Source of the DNA: a virus
Lineage: Duplodnaviria; Caudoviricetes
Reading direction: 5' to 3' (one strand)
Virus record (IMG/VR): IMGVR_UViG_3300033555_000009
Coordinates: 1 to 48,000 of that record
Length of the DNA: 48,000 bases
The notes under the pieces were generated by a model. The model did no database searches. It had not been told where the DNA came from and saw only the letters and a program-made list of their open reading frames with translations. A program made the position numbers and the translations under genes. Numbering within the stretch: the stretch's first letter is position 1; every line of letters begins with the position of its first letter. Positions 1 through 9,577 of the stretch are shown here, piece by piece.

Positions 1-16
1 GACCGATACGGAGATT

Positions 17-763
17 TTGGATATTTACAAGGAAACGCTGTCGCTGCCAGTGTCAAGCGGCGCCCTTGTTCACAAGACGTTTTCTATTAACTTCGCCCGA
101 GCCATCGAAAGCCGCCTTGTTGCCGCCGCCCTTGCCACCCCCTCGCCAGCAAGGGAAAGCCTGAGCAATGAGATTCGCAGGCTGACTGATGAATTGCGCC
201 GGGCAAAGAATTTGCATTTTAACTACGTGTATGAGGTCTCGCGGATTGCGAACCACGAGGACTCGATCTGTAACTTCCCTGAGACTGACAAAGTGCGCGA
301 GTGGATCGCTAACCTCACCGAACAGGTACTTGCCACCCATCGCCAACCCGAGGACAGTGCGCTGATCGCTGCGATTGACGAATCGGCGTTGCGCGATGGC
401 GTCATTGAAGGGTTGGTTGGCTTGCTGGGCTGCGGCAGGACTTGGAGCGCGTGGCAAGCCGGTACGATGACGGAGCGCGATTTCTACAGTGCCGCAGAAT
501 CAGACGAGTGCATTGACCAAGTGGTTGACGCTATCAAATCGCGCCTTGCTACAAAGGAGGCATCCGTTCAGGGTGTGCCGGATGGTGGAGCGCCGGCCAT
601 CCTTGAGGCGCTGTCCTACCATGCAGGCGAGCGCGACGATCTGACGCTAGAGGATGCTGTCAAGGCGTTCCGATTCGGCTACAAGGAAGTGCGCCAGCGC
701 GACGACCGGGCCATGCTTGCGCAACTCATTCACCTGCTGGCATCAGCACCGAAGGGAGACTAA
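17..763 (+). CDS. hypothetical phage protein
   Basis: 248-aa ORF, TTG start after GGAG, coupled to the next gene; no motif recognised. Confidence 0.6.
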   Translation: MDIYKETLSLPVSSGALVHKTFSINFARAIESRLVAAALATPSPARESLSNEIRRLTDELRRAKNLHFNYVYEVSRIANHEDSICNFPETDKVREWIANLTEQVLATHRQPEDSALIAAIDESALRDGVIEGLVGLLGCGRTWSAWQAGTMTERDFYSAAESDECIDQVVDAIKSRLATKEASVQGVPDGGAPAILEALSYHAGERDDLTLEDAVKAFRFGYKEVRQRDDRAMLAQLIHLLASAPKGD

Positions 764-766
764 GCC

Positions 767-1123
767 ATGTCGAATGAACTGAAGCCGTGCCCGTTTTGTG
801 GCGGCACCAAGTTGCACGAAACATCGAACGGCGTCGAGAACATGTTTCTTGAGTGCGAGGAATGCGGGGCTGATGGTCCTGCCGAAATGACTCGCGCCAA
901 GATGATCGCAGCCTGGAACCGTCGCGCCCCACAAGCGCAAGGAGCGCTACCAGATTTGTCACTGCGTTCCCCTGCGCTGCCGGAACTACCGAAGCCTGAC
1001 ACGCATTGCTACGATGAGGATACGCGTACTGATGTGTGGAGTCACAGTGCTGAGCAGATGCACGCCTATGCCAAGCAATACGCGGCTGCAATTCGGGCGC
1101 AGCAATACACGGATAGCGAATAA
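767..1123 (+). CDS. Lar (restriction alleviation) family zinc-finger protein
   Basis: ELKPCPFCGG...ECEECGA.GP...AWNRR signature. Confidence 0.75.
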   Translation: MSNELKPCPFCGGTKLHETSNGVENMFLECEECGADGPAEMTRAKMIAAWNRRAPQAQGALPDLSLRSPALPELPKPDTHCYDEDTRTDVWSHSAEQMHAYAKQYAAAIRAQQYTDSE

Positions 1124-1179
1124 ATAAACCCTCTCCAGCCACATTGCTGTACAATACAAGCTCTTAACAGGAGCCTTAC

Positions 1180-1350
1180 ATGAAGCTTCATAAACGCATA
1201 CGTACAGGGAAGTATGCCCGTATTTTAATCCTCCCTGAAAGCCTCCTAGACATGGCTGTATTGTGGCATAGAGGATATAGGAAGCATTGGCACGGGTATT
1301 ACTGGAGCAAGCCAAATAAATGGCAGCGGGAAAATGAAAACTGGAAATAA
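1180..1350 (+). CDS. small hypothetical protein (56 aa, below ORF-track cutoff)
   Basis: AGGAG RBS, ATG at 1180, MKLHKRIRTG...ENWK*. Confidence 0.5.
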   Translation: MKLHKRIRTGKYARILILPESLLDMAVLWHRGYRKHWHGYYWSKPNKWQRENENWK

Positions 1351-1380
1351 TTTTGTCATGTTTTTAACTTAGGGGGTTGT

Positions 1381-1671
1381 ATGGATAAAGTACAGCAAGA
1401 TTTTGAGAAATGGGCCAAGAGTCACGGATACAATTGTGAGTCATGGGATATGCTCATGTATGACCGCCGTGACACGGAGATTGCATGGGAAGGGTATCAA
1501 GCCTCCCACAACGCACAACAGGCCGAGATTGACCGCCTCATGCTTGAATTCTGCCCTAACGAGATGAGCAAAGAGCAGGTGGAAGATTGGGCTAAGCCTC
1601 AGCGGAGGGAAACCGAAGCTGAATATCAGAATCGCCATGTTGACGACGATCATATTTATGAGAATTTATAA
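1381..1671 (+). CDS. hypothetical phage protein
   Basis: AGGGGG RBS; FEKWA...AWEGYQA pattern common in small phage proteins. Confidence 0.65.
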   Translation: MDKVQQDFEKWAKSHGYNCESWDMLMYDRRDTEIAWEGYQASHNAQQAEIDRLMLEFCPNEMSKEQVEDWAKPQRRETEAEYQNRHVDDDHIYENL

Positions 1672-1889
1672 TGAAAATCAAAACTGAAGAATTAACGCGG
1701 GGTGGCAAAGTCACTGGCACTATCACAACCTTCAAGCACAATGGGCTATCGATTGAGCTTAGTACCTGTGGTGACGAAGCCAACGCTATCCTATCAGAAA
1801 TTGTAAGGCGCTGCGACTCCTATGATTACATGCGGCAGCAGCTTGACGCGTACGAAGCAGACGACTATAACCGGCAGATGAGCGAATAA
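1671..1889 (+). CDS. hypothetical phage protein
   Basis: TAATG stop/start coupling. Confidence 0.6.
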   Translation: MKIKTEELTRGGKVTGTITTFKHNGLSIELSTCGDEANAILSEIVRRCDSYDYMRQQLDAYEADDYNRQMSE

Positions 1890-2013
1890 TGAAAATGCGC
1901 CAGCGTCGTACAAAGTTTGCCAACAGTTATTATTGCTGGATTAGTATTGGCCCTTGGGAGGGTCCGATGACAACGTATTTCTATAAGCATTCGCCACAGT
2001 TTAAGAGGAAGAA

Positions 2014-2223
2014 ATGAATATTAACTTAGAAATTAGCCACAACAATCTACTAGACGCTCTCTCAGATTTGAGTTATCAAAACTTGATGGACTTGATACAA
2101 GGCATAGACCTCGCCAAAGCTGATTGTGGATTCACTGAAGACTTGGTTAGATTACTGGTAAAAAGTTTGAAAGCGGACAAAGACGATGTGAATCTGCCGT
2201 TTATTGATTGGGAGAAGGTATGA
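2014..2223 (+). CDS. hypothetical phage protein
   Basis: GAGGA RBS, operon context. Confidence 0.6.
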   Translation: MNINLEISHNNLLDALSDLSYQNLMDLIQGIDLAKADCGFTEDLVRLLVKSLKADKDDVNLPFIDWEKV

Positions 2224-2399
2224 TGACAGACGTAGAACAAATTGAAGCCTTCCGCAAAGCCCTTATGCAGCAGGCTTATGAGGATTTTCTGGCGTGGGCT
2301 TGGTCGAAGGTTGAGTTGCACAAGGAATATCATGCTACAGGATTTCTTGTTAGCTTTGAGGATTATATTACTAAGACGTACTGGGGAGAAATTGAATGA
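2220..2399 (+). CDS. hypothetical phage protein
   Basis: ATGA overlap with upstream gene. Confidence 0.55.
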   Translation: MMTDVEQIEAFRKALMQQAYEDFLAWAWSKVELHKEYHATGFLVSFEDYITKTYWGEIE

Positions 2400-2605
2400 T
2401 TTGCCCACATTGTAACTATGAGCATGGCTGCGGAGAATGGAATAACGTCACACTCGACTACAACGAGGATGTGAAAGGCGACTATGACGGCTTCTACACC
2501 TTTCCAATCCCCATGGAGCGTGACGAGGGTACGTATTGTAGTACTAGAGAGACAGTGCAGATGTACGGCTGTCCAAGTTGTATGAAGACTTTTATAGGGG
2601 ATTGA
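2396..2605 (+). CDS. small zinc-ribbon protein
   Basis: CPHC ... CPSC; ATGA overlap. Confidence 0.65.
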   Translation: MICPHCNYEHGCGEWNNVTLDYNEDVKGDYDGFYTFPIPMERDEGTYCSTRETVQMYGCPSCMKTFIGD

Positions 2606-2609
2606 GAGA

Positions 2610-2804
2610 GTGAAATCACATCGCACAAAGGAACAACGCTTTGCCTTGGCAGGTCTTCCTGAATCCATGCGCGATGCCTTCTACAAGGGTTGGTATGCAT
2701 GTGGCACAGAGATTAACGAAGGAGAGGATTATGACGACTTCCAAGAGCGTCTTTATGAGAATGACTTTCTAGAGCCGCGTGAAGAACCTGAAGAGGGTTA
2801 TTGA
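2610..2804 (+). CDS. hypothetical acidic protein
   Basis: GTG start, operon context. Confidence 0.55.
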   Translation: MKSHRTKEQRFALAGLPESMRDAFYKGWYACGTEINEGEDYDDFQERLYENDFLEPREEPEEGY

Positions 2805-2992
2805 TGCGCGGTAAATCCTACGCTGTACCGATGAAGCTATTCAATAATTGGCTTGTCACTAATTTCAATCCTTTGCCAGAGGGCGAAGTGCAGGCGCTGA
2901 TGTGGCATAGCTGGTTGGAGTGCTCTAAGGTGATGACAGCCACTCGTAAAACTAACAAAGAACTTGTGGAGGCTTGGTATGATGAGTCGTAA
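2804..2992 (+). CDS. hypothetical phage protein
   Basis: TGATG coupling. Confidence 0.55.
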   Translation: MRGKSYAVPMKLFNNWLVTNFNPLPEGEVQALMWHSWLECSKVMTATRKTNKELVEAWYDES

Positions 2993-3146
2993 CATGAGTG
3001 AAGGAAAATACGCAGGTTGCCACAAAGGCAAGCACATTCGCCACGTAGTGAACACCTTATTCTACAGAGGAGTGGGTGCAACGTCTGCTTACAAAACCTA
3101 TATTAAGAAGATTTTGAAGCGTGACAAGTGGGCAAACTTGTCATAG
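2982..3146 (+). CDS. hypothetical basic protein
   Basis: GGAGG RBS; last gene before a non-coding gap. Confidence 0.5.
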   Translation: MSRNMSEGKYAGCHKGKHIRHVVNTLFYRGVGATSAYKTYIKKILKRDKWANLS

Positions 3147-3256
3147 CCACCACTTGGGATTTACTCTCCAGACCATTTTTCAGATTGGTTCGAAAGTCCA
3201 CCGAAACTCGGAGCATGTTCTTAGAGGGATTTTCCCAGACTCTGTGAGCGAGGGTG

Positions 3257-3332
3257 AACGTTGTCAGAGTGTCATGTTGTCAGAATGACAGTTGCTGGAA
3301 TACAAGTTTATTTCTAGTAATGTTGTCAGAGT
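3257..3332 (+). repeat. three direct copies of GTTGTCAGA(G/A)T
   Basis: cores at 3260, 3276 and 3322; AACGTTGTCAGA (3257-3268) recurs inverted at 17865-17876. Confidence 0.75.
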
Positions 3333-3356
3333 ACCATCGAAAAAGGTAACGCGCAG

Positions 3357-3390
3357 GTCTGGATCAATCAACCGGCTGCACCGCTGAGAA
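3357..3390 (-). ncRNA. candidate hairpin sRNA, copy 1 of 3
   Basis: TTCTCAG-CGGT GCA GCCG-GTTGATTGATCCAGAC directly after its own promoter; no ORF follows. Confidence 0.55.
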
Positions 3391-3394
3391 CTTC

Positions 3395-3423
3395 AGTATT
3401 GCATAGCTAAATTTCAAACGCAA
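3395..3423 (-). promoter_or_regulatory. sigma70 promoter for sRNA copy 1
   Basis: TTGCGT-N17-AATACT. Confidence 0.55.
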
Positions 3424-3584
3424 GCCCTTTCGTAAAATAATTTTAGTCATCTACACATCTATATGTAGCGCGATCCTTGCCATGTGTAAGGGTTGCAGCT
3501 TTCCCTATGGCTTGACGCTATGTTGCAAGCTATCCCGCGCTATGTACAGCTTCTGTATTATTCAGTATTATTTTACATTACCTG

Positions 3585-3613
3585 TTGACAGGAGAATTTA
3601 ACAGGCGTACTAT
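3585..3613 (+). promoter_or_regulatory. sigma70 early promoter
   Basis: TTGACA-N17-TACTAT. Confidence 0.8.
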
Positions 3614-3643
3614 GGCTGTATTGGAAGCGAACATATAGGAGAA

Positions 3644-4045
3644 ATGACCATGACTACATACACCGCGATTGCTACTGACGACAGCGTGAACACTTGCGAT
3701 TGCTGCGGACGTACTAACCTTAAATCCACTGTTGTTATGCAATCGTCTGACGGTGACATTTTGCACTATGGATCAACATGCGCAGCGCGTAACACTGGCA
3801 AGACTTCCAAAATCATCAAGCAGGAAATTGACAAAGAATTAGCGCGCCGGGTAACACTAGCACGCGCTGAAATTAATGGCAGCGCCGAACAGACAAGCTA
3901 CAATGCTAAACTTTCCGATGCTACTAAATCAGGCATTAAGCCGGGAAAAGAGTTTGCCGAGTATTGCAAAGATGCATCGACCGCTTGCGATGGTAAGCGC
4001 AAAGAAATTGCCGCTAAGTACAACATTAATTTTTATTCTTTCTGA
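3644..4045 (+). CDS. early protein with putative Zn site
   Basis: CDCCGRTNLK...HYGSTCA; AGGAG RBS. Confidence 0.75.
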   Translation: MTMTTYTAIATDDSVNTCDCCGRTNLKSTVVMQSSDGDILHYGSTCAARNTGKTSKIIKQEIDKELARRVTLARAEINGSAEQTSYNAKLSDATKSGIKPGKEFAEYCKDASTACDGKRKEIAAKYNINFYSF

Positions 4046-4053
4046 GGCGCAAC

Positions 4054-4350
4054 ATGCAAATTGACTTTTACATTTTCCCGTTTACTCAACGGGCGCACTA
4101 TCACGCGCTTTCTATGTCTTACAATGACTTGGAAAAATCTTATAGGTTTGGCAGTTTGACAGACCGACAATACAAATGGGCAATGTTGTTTTGTTGCTGG
4201 GGCGCCGTACGTCATGAAGGCAAGGCGGGAAAGTGGCAAGATAAATGCTATGAATCATCCGGCGCTATCGGTGTCGATAAACGTATTGTTAGAATTGCCG
4301 TATTGAAAGAGAGATATTTACAGGCACATTTTGGACAGTGGGCAAAGTAA
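4054..4350 (+). CDS. hypothetical early protein
   Basis: GAGG RBS. Confidence 0.65.
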   Translation: MQIDFYIFPFTQRAHYHALSMSYNDLEKSYRFGSLTDRQYKWAMLFCCWGAVRHEGKAGKWQDKCYESSGAIGVDKRIVRIAVLKERYLQAHFGQWAK

Positions 4351-4391
4351 TTTAAAATAATGTTGACATACGTGTTTTAGTTATATAATAT
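4347..4391 (+). promoter_or_regulatory. sigma70 early promoter with UP-like element
   Basis: GTAATTTAAAATAA, then TTGACA-N17-TAATAT. Confidence 0.75.
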
Positions 4392-4435
4392 AGCTGTATT
4401 CGCTGGCAACAGCGCCACTAACAGGAACTAACATC

Positions 4436-4684
4436 ATGAACCCAATCGCACGCTTCCCAATTGGCCTAACCTTCAGCCGTAAGCGCTTCCCAAAAGCGAA
4501 AGAGCTTACCAGCTACACTATTACAGACATTCACACTACGTTTAACAATGCTGGTGAGATTGTAGACCGTCAGTATGTTGTTGCGCATGCTTTCATGGGG
4601 CAAGGGGCGATTACGGAAAAGATGTGCGACACTACGATTGCGCGCAGCTTGTCGAATGAGCAATTGAAAGAGTATGTAAAGTAA
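4436..4684 (+). CDS. hypothetical early protein
   Basis: own promoter, AGGA RBS. Confidence 0.7.
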   Translation: MNPIARFPIGLTFSRKRFPKAKELTSYTITDIHTTFNNAGEIVDRQYVVAHAFMGQGAITEKMCDTTIARSLSNEQLKEYVK

Positions 4685-4725
4685 TTTAAAATAAGCTTGA
4701 CAGATAATTTTGTCGGGCTTAAAAT
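4681..4725 (+). promoter_or_regulatory. sigma70 early promoter with UP-like element
   Basis: GTAATTTAAAATAAGC-TTGACA-N17-TAAAAT. Confidence 0.8.
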
Positions 4726-4755
4726 AGCTACACATTAACGCATAAGGGGCAAATT

Positions 4756-4974
4756 ATGAAAACACTTAAAAACGCATTTAACGCCGGTATGGAATCATTC
4801 GCTAAACATTGCCTGACATACGGGACAATCACATATGACGATTCGTATCCTTGCGACGTAACCGGCAAGCCTTGCAGAGTGTACCTGATAGACATTCAAG
4901 GCGCACAAGCACAAATTACTAAACGTTGCGGCGAAGTGATCGCAGTATCGTATGATGAAGCATGCTATGCGTAA
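4756..4974 (+). CDS. hypothetical early protein
   Basis: AAGGGG RBS. Confidence 0.65.
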   Translation: MKTLKNAFNAGMESFAKHCLTYGTITYDDSYPCDVTGKPCRVYLIDIQGAQAQITKRCGEVIAVSYDEACYA

Positions 4975-5326
4975 CCCTATCGAAGCGTCAAACATGACGC
5001 ACGCGGAATACTACCATCTTAACGGCACGCTATCCGCAGAGCGTACAGAATCCATTCTAAGCACGCTAGACGCCGCGCAAGCGTTAGATGTGCGGGAGTA
5101 TGCCAGCTATGCACAAGAGGCGCAAGGCGGCTTTCCTGCCGAGGATTTTCTATCCGAAGTAATCGAAGAGTTACAAGCTATGGCAAAGCGTTTGCGAGGC
5201 GACAACAAAGATTCTTTGCAACACATTATCAGCAAGCTTGACGACATTGCACAGTGCCAATTTAACGCCGCCGACTACGGGCGCGAACAGTTGCACAAAA
5301 TTATTGTGACAATCAAAAATAATTGA
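4967..5326 (+). CDS. hypothetical helical early protein
   Basis: overlapping start, MRNPIEAS... Confidence 0.65.
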   Translation: MRNPIEASNMTHAEYYHLNGTLSAERTESILSTLDAAQALDVREYASYAQEAQGGFPAEDFLSEVIEELQAMAKRLRGDNKDSLQHIISKLDDIAQCQFNAADYGREQLHKIIVTIKNN

Positions 5327-5363
5327 AAATAAGCTTGCTATGTGTTCGGCTACGTGTAATAAT
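5316..5363 (+). promoter_or_regulatory. sigma70 early promoter with UP-like element
   Basis: AAAAATAATTGAAAATAAGC-TTGCTA-N17-AATAAT. Confidence 0.7.
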
Positions 5364-5394
5364 AGTCTCACTTAAACGCAACGGAGCAAACGCC

Positions 5395-5568
5395 ATGAAC
5401 CACTACTCTAACAAAACCATCGCAGAATTGCTGTACATCCAGCGCGACGCCTTCGAGGCCGCACAGTGTGCAAAAGAGATTGGCAACTACGTAGCAGAAT
5501 GTCGCTACCTTGACGAAGTAAACGGCGCTTCGGATGAAATTTGCAAGCGCAAACAGAAGGGTCTGTAA
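5395..5568 (+). CDS. hypothetical early protein
   Basis: GGAG RBS; start moved downstream of the promoter (MNHYSNK...). Confidence 0.65.
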   Translation: MNHYSNKTIAELLYIQRDAFEAAQCAKEIGNYVAECRYLDEVNGASDEICKRKQKGL

Positions 5569-5570
5569 TC

Positions 5571-5780
5571 ATGAACATGCAAATTGAAGCACTAAAACAA
5601 GCTTGCCGCGCCTTCTATGAGCGCGAACATCGTACAGGCATTACAGTGGAAGAACTAATAGCGTATAAGGCTTGTAAGGCCGCTGTAAAGGATGCTACCG
5701 GCGAATATTACGCCAATGGCGAATGGCACGCCTCGCAATGGAATGCTGCATGGACTAACCATAACGAGGTGGCAAAATGA
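5571..5780 (+). CDS. hypothetical early protein
   Basis: operon context. Confidence 0.6.
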   Translation: MNMQIEALKQACRAFYEREHRTGITVEELIAYKACKAAVKDATGEYYANGEWHASQWNAAWTNHNEVAK

Positions 5781-5986
5781 AACTTTCCCACACAGAACAT
5801 TCCGGCCTGACATTGCATAACATCGAAGGCTATAACGGTTCGCACGGGCGTGGCAAGTATGTCAAGTTTTGGCAACATAAAGACAGTACTATGTGTCAAG
5901 TAGGGCCGTGCTATCCTACGAAGGCTGAAGCGCTCGCGGATACTTGCGACTATGCCGAGCGTGCCGGGTGGATGATTGGGGAGTGA
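5777..5986 (+). CDS. hypothetical early protein
   Basis: GAGGT RBS, ATGA overlap. Confidence 0.65.
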   Translation: MKLSHTEHSGLTLHNIEGYNGSHGRGKYVKFWQHKDSTMCQVGPCYPTKAEALADTCDYAERAGWMIGE

Positions 5987-6005
5987 AAAGAATCAAAAAT
6001 AATCC

Positions 6006-6033
6006 TTGCAATGTCCATTGTATCGTGTAGAAT
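6006..6033 (+). promoter_or_regulatory. sigma70 early promoter
   Basis: AAAAATAATCC-TTGCAA-N16-TAGAAT. Confidence 0.65.
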
Positions 6034-6068
6034 GGTTCTTGTCGGAACAAACTTTAACAGGGACTACC

Positions 6069-6326
6069 ATGCTCGTATTTGAAAAACTCATCGCTTTAAA
6101 GTCCACAAAAATTCTGTCAGACTTCGGAGGTCGGAAACTTTACAGCGTGACTATTACGCCAGCTTTCCGGGCCAAGTGGTTTACTAACCGTGGTCGCATG
6201 ATCGACAGTGTAGATTTTGAGATTAAAGAAAAAGCCACTGTAACAGGTAACGCTTGCGACAATGGCTACATTCTTATTGACAAGCGCGAACAGAATTTGC
6301 AGCGCTTCGGTGCTAAAGCTATTTAA
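6069..6326 (+). CDS. hypothetical early protein
   Basis: GGGA RBS, MLVFEKL... Confidence 0.65.
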   Translation: MLVFEKLIALKSTKILSDFGGRKLYSVTITPAFRAKWFTNRGRMIDSVDFEIKEKATVTGNACDNGYILIDKREQNLQRFGAKAI

Positions 6327-6441
6327 GCGCCCTACACGGGGCGCTGTCCTATTCCCGCTACGAATCCCTACCCTACACGTTTAAAACGCTTACAGCGCTT
6401 CCTACGCGCTTTTGTGTTTCCTGACAAACCTTTTGCCCGCT

Positions 6442-6480
6442 CTCTGCTTAATCAACCCGCTACGTGTTAGCGGCTGAGAA
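6442..6480 (-). ncRNA. candidate hairpin sRNA, copy 2 of 3
   Basis: TTCTCAG-CCGCTA ACACG TAGCGG-GTTGATTAAGCAGAG after its own promoter. Confidence 0.55.
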
Positions 6481-6484
6481 CTAC

Positions 6485-6513
6485 AGAATAGCGCGTAACA
6501 GGGCCATTGTCAA
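6485..6513 (-). promoter_or_regulatory. sigma70 promoter for sRNA copy 2
   Basis: TTGACA-N17-TATTCT. Confidence 0.75.
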
Positions 6514-6548
6514 GGGTTTTCGTAAGCTAAAATAATTTAAATATTCCC

Positions 6549-6577
6549 TTGTGTTTCCTGTTTAGGGCGGTTATTAT
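6549..6577 (+). promoter_or_regulatory. sigma70 early promoter
   Basis: AAAATAATTTAAAT upstream; TTGTGT-N17-TATTAT. Confidence 0.6.
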
Positions 6578-6612
6578 GTGTTCATTGGATGCAAAACAAC
6601 AGGGGAAACAAA

Positions 6613-6846
6613 ATGTTTGAACAGTTCTCACAGCTTACAGTTAAAGTTGCTTTCCAGATGAAGTATGAAGGCAAGGGCCGCGCAGTGGTGGCTAAGATTG
6701 GCGACAAGTTTGTTGTAACGAACCCTAAGCACATGCAAGACAAGGGTATTAAGATCATGCGCGCAAAGCTGGCCCGGTTGAATGAAGGCTACATGTTGAC
6801 ATTTGAGCAGGTTAATCAATTATTTACTTTGGAGCAACAATCATGA
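6613..6846 (+). CDS. hypothetical early protein
   Basis: AGGGGA RBS, MFEQFSQ... Confidence 0.65.
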   Translation: MFEQFSQLTVKVAFQMKYEGKGRAVVAKIGDKFVVTNPKHMQDKGIKIMRAKLARLNEGYMLTFEQVNQLFTLEQQS

Positions 6847-7114
6847 TTTACAAAACGCCACGGTGCAAAGATTGCGATTCGATGCTTTGGAGCAACCACG
6901 CAAAGCAAATGAAATTGTGCCCGGACTGTGAGAATGTGGACAGCGACGAAGTGAAAGACTTAGAAGAAAGGTTTGATGATGCCAACTATTAAACGGTATG
7001 CTTGGATTCCTATCATAGAGTCTGGAAGGTGGATTTATGTGTTTGATCGTTGGATGTGGGCAGTGGATCATAAAGCTGTGGACATTGACTAGTTTAAAAT
7101 AATCTAAATAAAGC

Positions 7115-7143
7115 TTTACAGGGGCTTAAAAATCCCTGATAAT
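7115..7143 (+). promoter_or_regulatory. sigma70 early promoter
   Basis: AAAATAATCTAAATAAAGC-TTTACA-N17-GATAAT. Confidence 0.7.
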
Positions 7144-7174
7144 GAATTCTCTGCCTAACGAACGAAAGCACAAA

Positions 7175-7402
7175 ATGAAACTGCAAACCCTCGGAGCTAA
7201 CAAAACTGTATTGTCCCTTGACAGTGGTGTAGAAGTGTTCTTTTCTTACAATACGCCTGTTGCAGCGTTTATCAGTGGGCGTGGATATGTCAAGACTGAT
7301 AAATCGTGGTCGGCTACCACGGCAAAGCACATTACACAATGGGCAGGCAAGAAAGTGACCACTACCGAACCACAAAGTTTCTTTGACAATCTGGTGAAAT
7401 GA
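7175..7402 (+). CDS. conserved small phage early protein
   Basis: FFSYNTPVAA...WSATTAKHI motif; GAAAG RBS. Confidence 0.75.
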   Translation: MKLQTLGANKTVLSLDSGVEVFFSYNTPVAAFISGRGYVKTDKSWSATTAKHITQWAGKKVTTTEPQSFFDNLVK

Positions 7403-7522
7403 TGAGCAATCAAGACATACTAGACAGCGCCTTCCGCGCATGGCAACAATCCGGCAGCAAGCAACTGTTTGCTGTGTGGCTGTATTCTGAGAAGTCTAAC
7501 GGTAAGTATTGGAGTGCATGAA

Positions 7523-7747
7523 ATGAATATCAGAGACTTTGCAGAAATGTTGTTAAGCCAATGTGATGAACTAGAGGACGCACGATATAGAAATATATAC
7601 CTAGAAAATGAGCTTACTAAATATAGGCAGTCTGTGAGTTATGAGCTTGCCATGCATCAAGAAACATTTGGTAAAATACTTATGGCTGCAACTACTCCAA
7701 ACAACAGCATTAACAACCGTATGCGCGGGGAGTTTAAAAATGATTAG
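7523..7747 (+). CDS. hypothetical coiled-coil protein
   Basis: GGAG RBS. Confidence 0.55.
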   Translation: MNIRDFAEMLLSQCDELEDARYRNIYLENELTKYRQSVSYELAMHQETFGKILMAATTPNNSINNRMRGEFKND

Positions 7748-8027
7748 AGTTGGTCCATATGAAACATTCTCGCACAGCTACAGTTCCCGGCAAGACTCTA
7801 GCCTAACCATCAAGCGCGACGGCATGATACTCGCACGCATGCGCTTTAAAGAGCCTATTTGCGACCCGCTGCGGCAAATACAGATGTACCCTGCTAATCC
7901 CTACAGGCAAGAGCTTATCGGGCAACTACGGGCCGCACAGGTGCCGGAAGAGGACATTGCCGAGATTATGAAGGTACGGGATAGCCGTTACATGGTAGCT
8001 AAGAAAAATAAACTACAGCAAAGTTAG
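7740..8027 (+). CDS. hypothetical protein
   Basis: GGGGAG RBS, MIRVGP... Confidence 0.6.
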   Translation: MIRVGPYETFSHSYSSRQDSSLTIKRDGMILARMRFKEPICDPLRQIQMYPANPYRQELIGQLRAAQVPEEDIAEIMKVRDSRYMVAKKNKLQQS

Positions 8028-8981
8028 TTGATACTCAATAAAGGACACTACATCATCATATAGCCAAGGGTACGTAGCCTCTTTCCTAAACCCCTCCACG
8101 TTTTGGGAAAATCTCGGAAATTTTTTAACTAGCATCTGCTCTATTTTCTGGACGTCCGCGCCGGATTTTAGGTAAAATGACTCAAATTCAGATATTAAAA
8201 ACCCTTCGTTACGTAAATTTACTTTGTGATTATGTGTCCTAACTTGCTCATTACCTGTTATACCGTAGCCTGTAAACTCTATGTCGTCAGAGTATATTTT
8301 TAATACGTAAACGTACCCCGGAAATCGTTTATCAAAACCCCCCGCTGCCTTGCAATTACATGGGCGGCAACCTCTTCCCAGTGGTGTTTGTGCTGCCCTA
8401 AATAACTGACCGTTTGTGCTACAGTCTGGGCAGTGTACATCGAAATGCTGTAAGCTATCTGTTCTAAAGAATTTTGTGCCCATTGGGAAATATCCAGTAG
8501 ACATAAATTTAACATTAAAATGCGCCTCATCTTTTGTCATCCGGTTTGTATGGTCCCTCCTCTGACAAATATGGCAACCTGTTTTGTCGCTAAGCAAACT
8601 GTATAAAGATGAGTCCCACACATGGCCGTCTTTATTACACTTCATATGAATACGTGTAGCTCTTGCGTCGCTGCCATAAGACACACTAAGTAATTCGGAA
8701 TCTATCTCGTTACATTTTCTCCTGACTCTAATTACGTTCTGCTCTTTTGTCCACCTATAAAAACTTCTACATGCACAAGGGAGGAAATTCTTAACCACAG
8801 CACTGGCAGTTGTATTAAATATGGCATCTCCGTGTAGTTCTGGATCGTTCGCGCAAATACTGCAATGCACTTTTACTATTCTGACATAACCCGCACATCT
8901 AGCGGGTCCTATACCTGTAACCGTTAATTGTCTGTGCTGGCCGTAGACATGACCTATTAGTTCGTTTGTCGCCTTATTCAT
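8013..8981 (-). CDS. putative homing endonuclease (Cys-rich repeats plus C-terminal GIY-YIG/T5orf172-like domain)
   Basis: several CxxC/CxC pairs; GYVYVLKI...FTGYGIT...R...E; paralog of 18883..20148; opposite strand, with its own promoter (TAGACA-N17-TATAAT, 9004-9032). Confidence 0.65.
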   Translation of the reverse strand: MNKATNELIGHVYGQHRQLTVTGIGPARCAGYVRIVKVHCSICANDPELHGDAIFNTTASAVVKNFLPCACRSFYRWTKEQNVIRVRRKCNEIDSELLSVSYGSDARATRIHMKCNKDGHVWDSSLYSLLSDKTGCHICQRRDHTNRMTKDEAHFNVKFMSTGYFPMGTKFFRTDSLQHFDVHCPDCSTNGQLFRAAQTPLGRGCRPCNCKAAGGFDKRFPGYVYVLKIYSDDIEFTGYGITGNEQVRTHNHKVNLRNEGFLISEFESFYLKSGADVQKIEQMLVKKFPRFSQNVEGFRKEATYPWLYDDVVSFIEYQLTLL

Positions 8982-9105
8982 ATATTATTCCTCTAAAGTT
9001 CCCATTATACCACAAAGTTGCTTATCTGTCTACTACGTGTTGCGTATAATCAACTGGCACACAATTAGATTGTACACAATGTATTAAAAATAAATTGAAA
9101 TAAAG

Positions 9106-9135
9106 CTGGCATTGTTCGTTTTAGTGTGTAATAAT
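9106..9135 (+). promoter_or_regulatory. sigma70 early promoter
   Basis: A-tract UP element; CTGGCA-N18-AATAAT. Confidence 0.5.
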
Positions 9136-9275
9136 GTTCTTACTGACTGCAAAGCAGGCAACATTCGCAACCACACACACAATAGGCCACAAAATGATTT
9201 TAGTTCTCATAAGCATCACATTCGTAGCGTATGTAATTTCCCGCCCAATTGTTAAAGCACTGGGAGTATAACAAA

Positions 9276-9470
9276 ATGAAACGTCAATACGGTGATATGC
9301 AAATTTGTACGCGTTGCGGGCAAGATGTACAATGGCTTGGACGCGCTAACGGTTGGCGTGATCGTGGCAACAATCGTCAATGTGTACCTTACAAGAGCGC
9401 CGGGGAATTTGTCACTCCTAAAGCTGGTGAGAAACACACGATACGTGTTAAAATTGTTGGGGAGAAATAA
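9276..9470 (+). CDS. small Cys-containing protein
   Basis: GGGAG RBS; CTRC motif. Confidence 0.6.
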   Translation: MKRQYGDMQICTRCGQDVQWLGRANGWRDRGNNRQCVPYKSAGEFVTPKAGEKHTIRVKIVGEK

Positions 9471-9577
9471 TCATGTCCGGCTCAAAAGAACTTTTCCGCG
9501 CCTACCTTGCCAGTGCAGAGCGTAAGGTGATGTCGTTTCAAACTTATTTGTTTATGCAAGCTAATGTAAAATAATCC

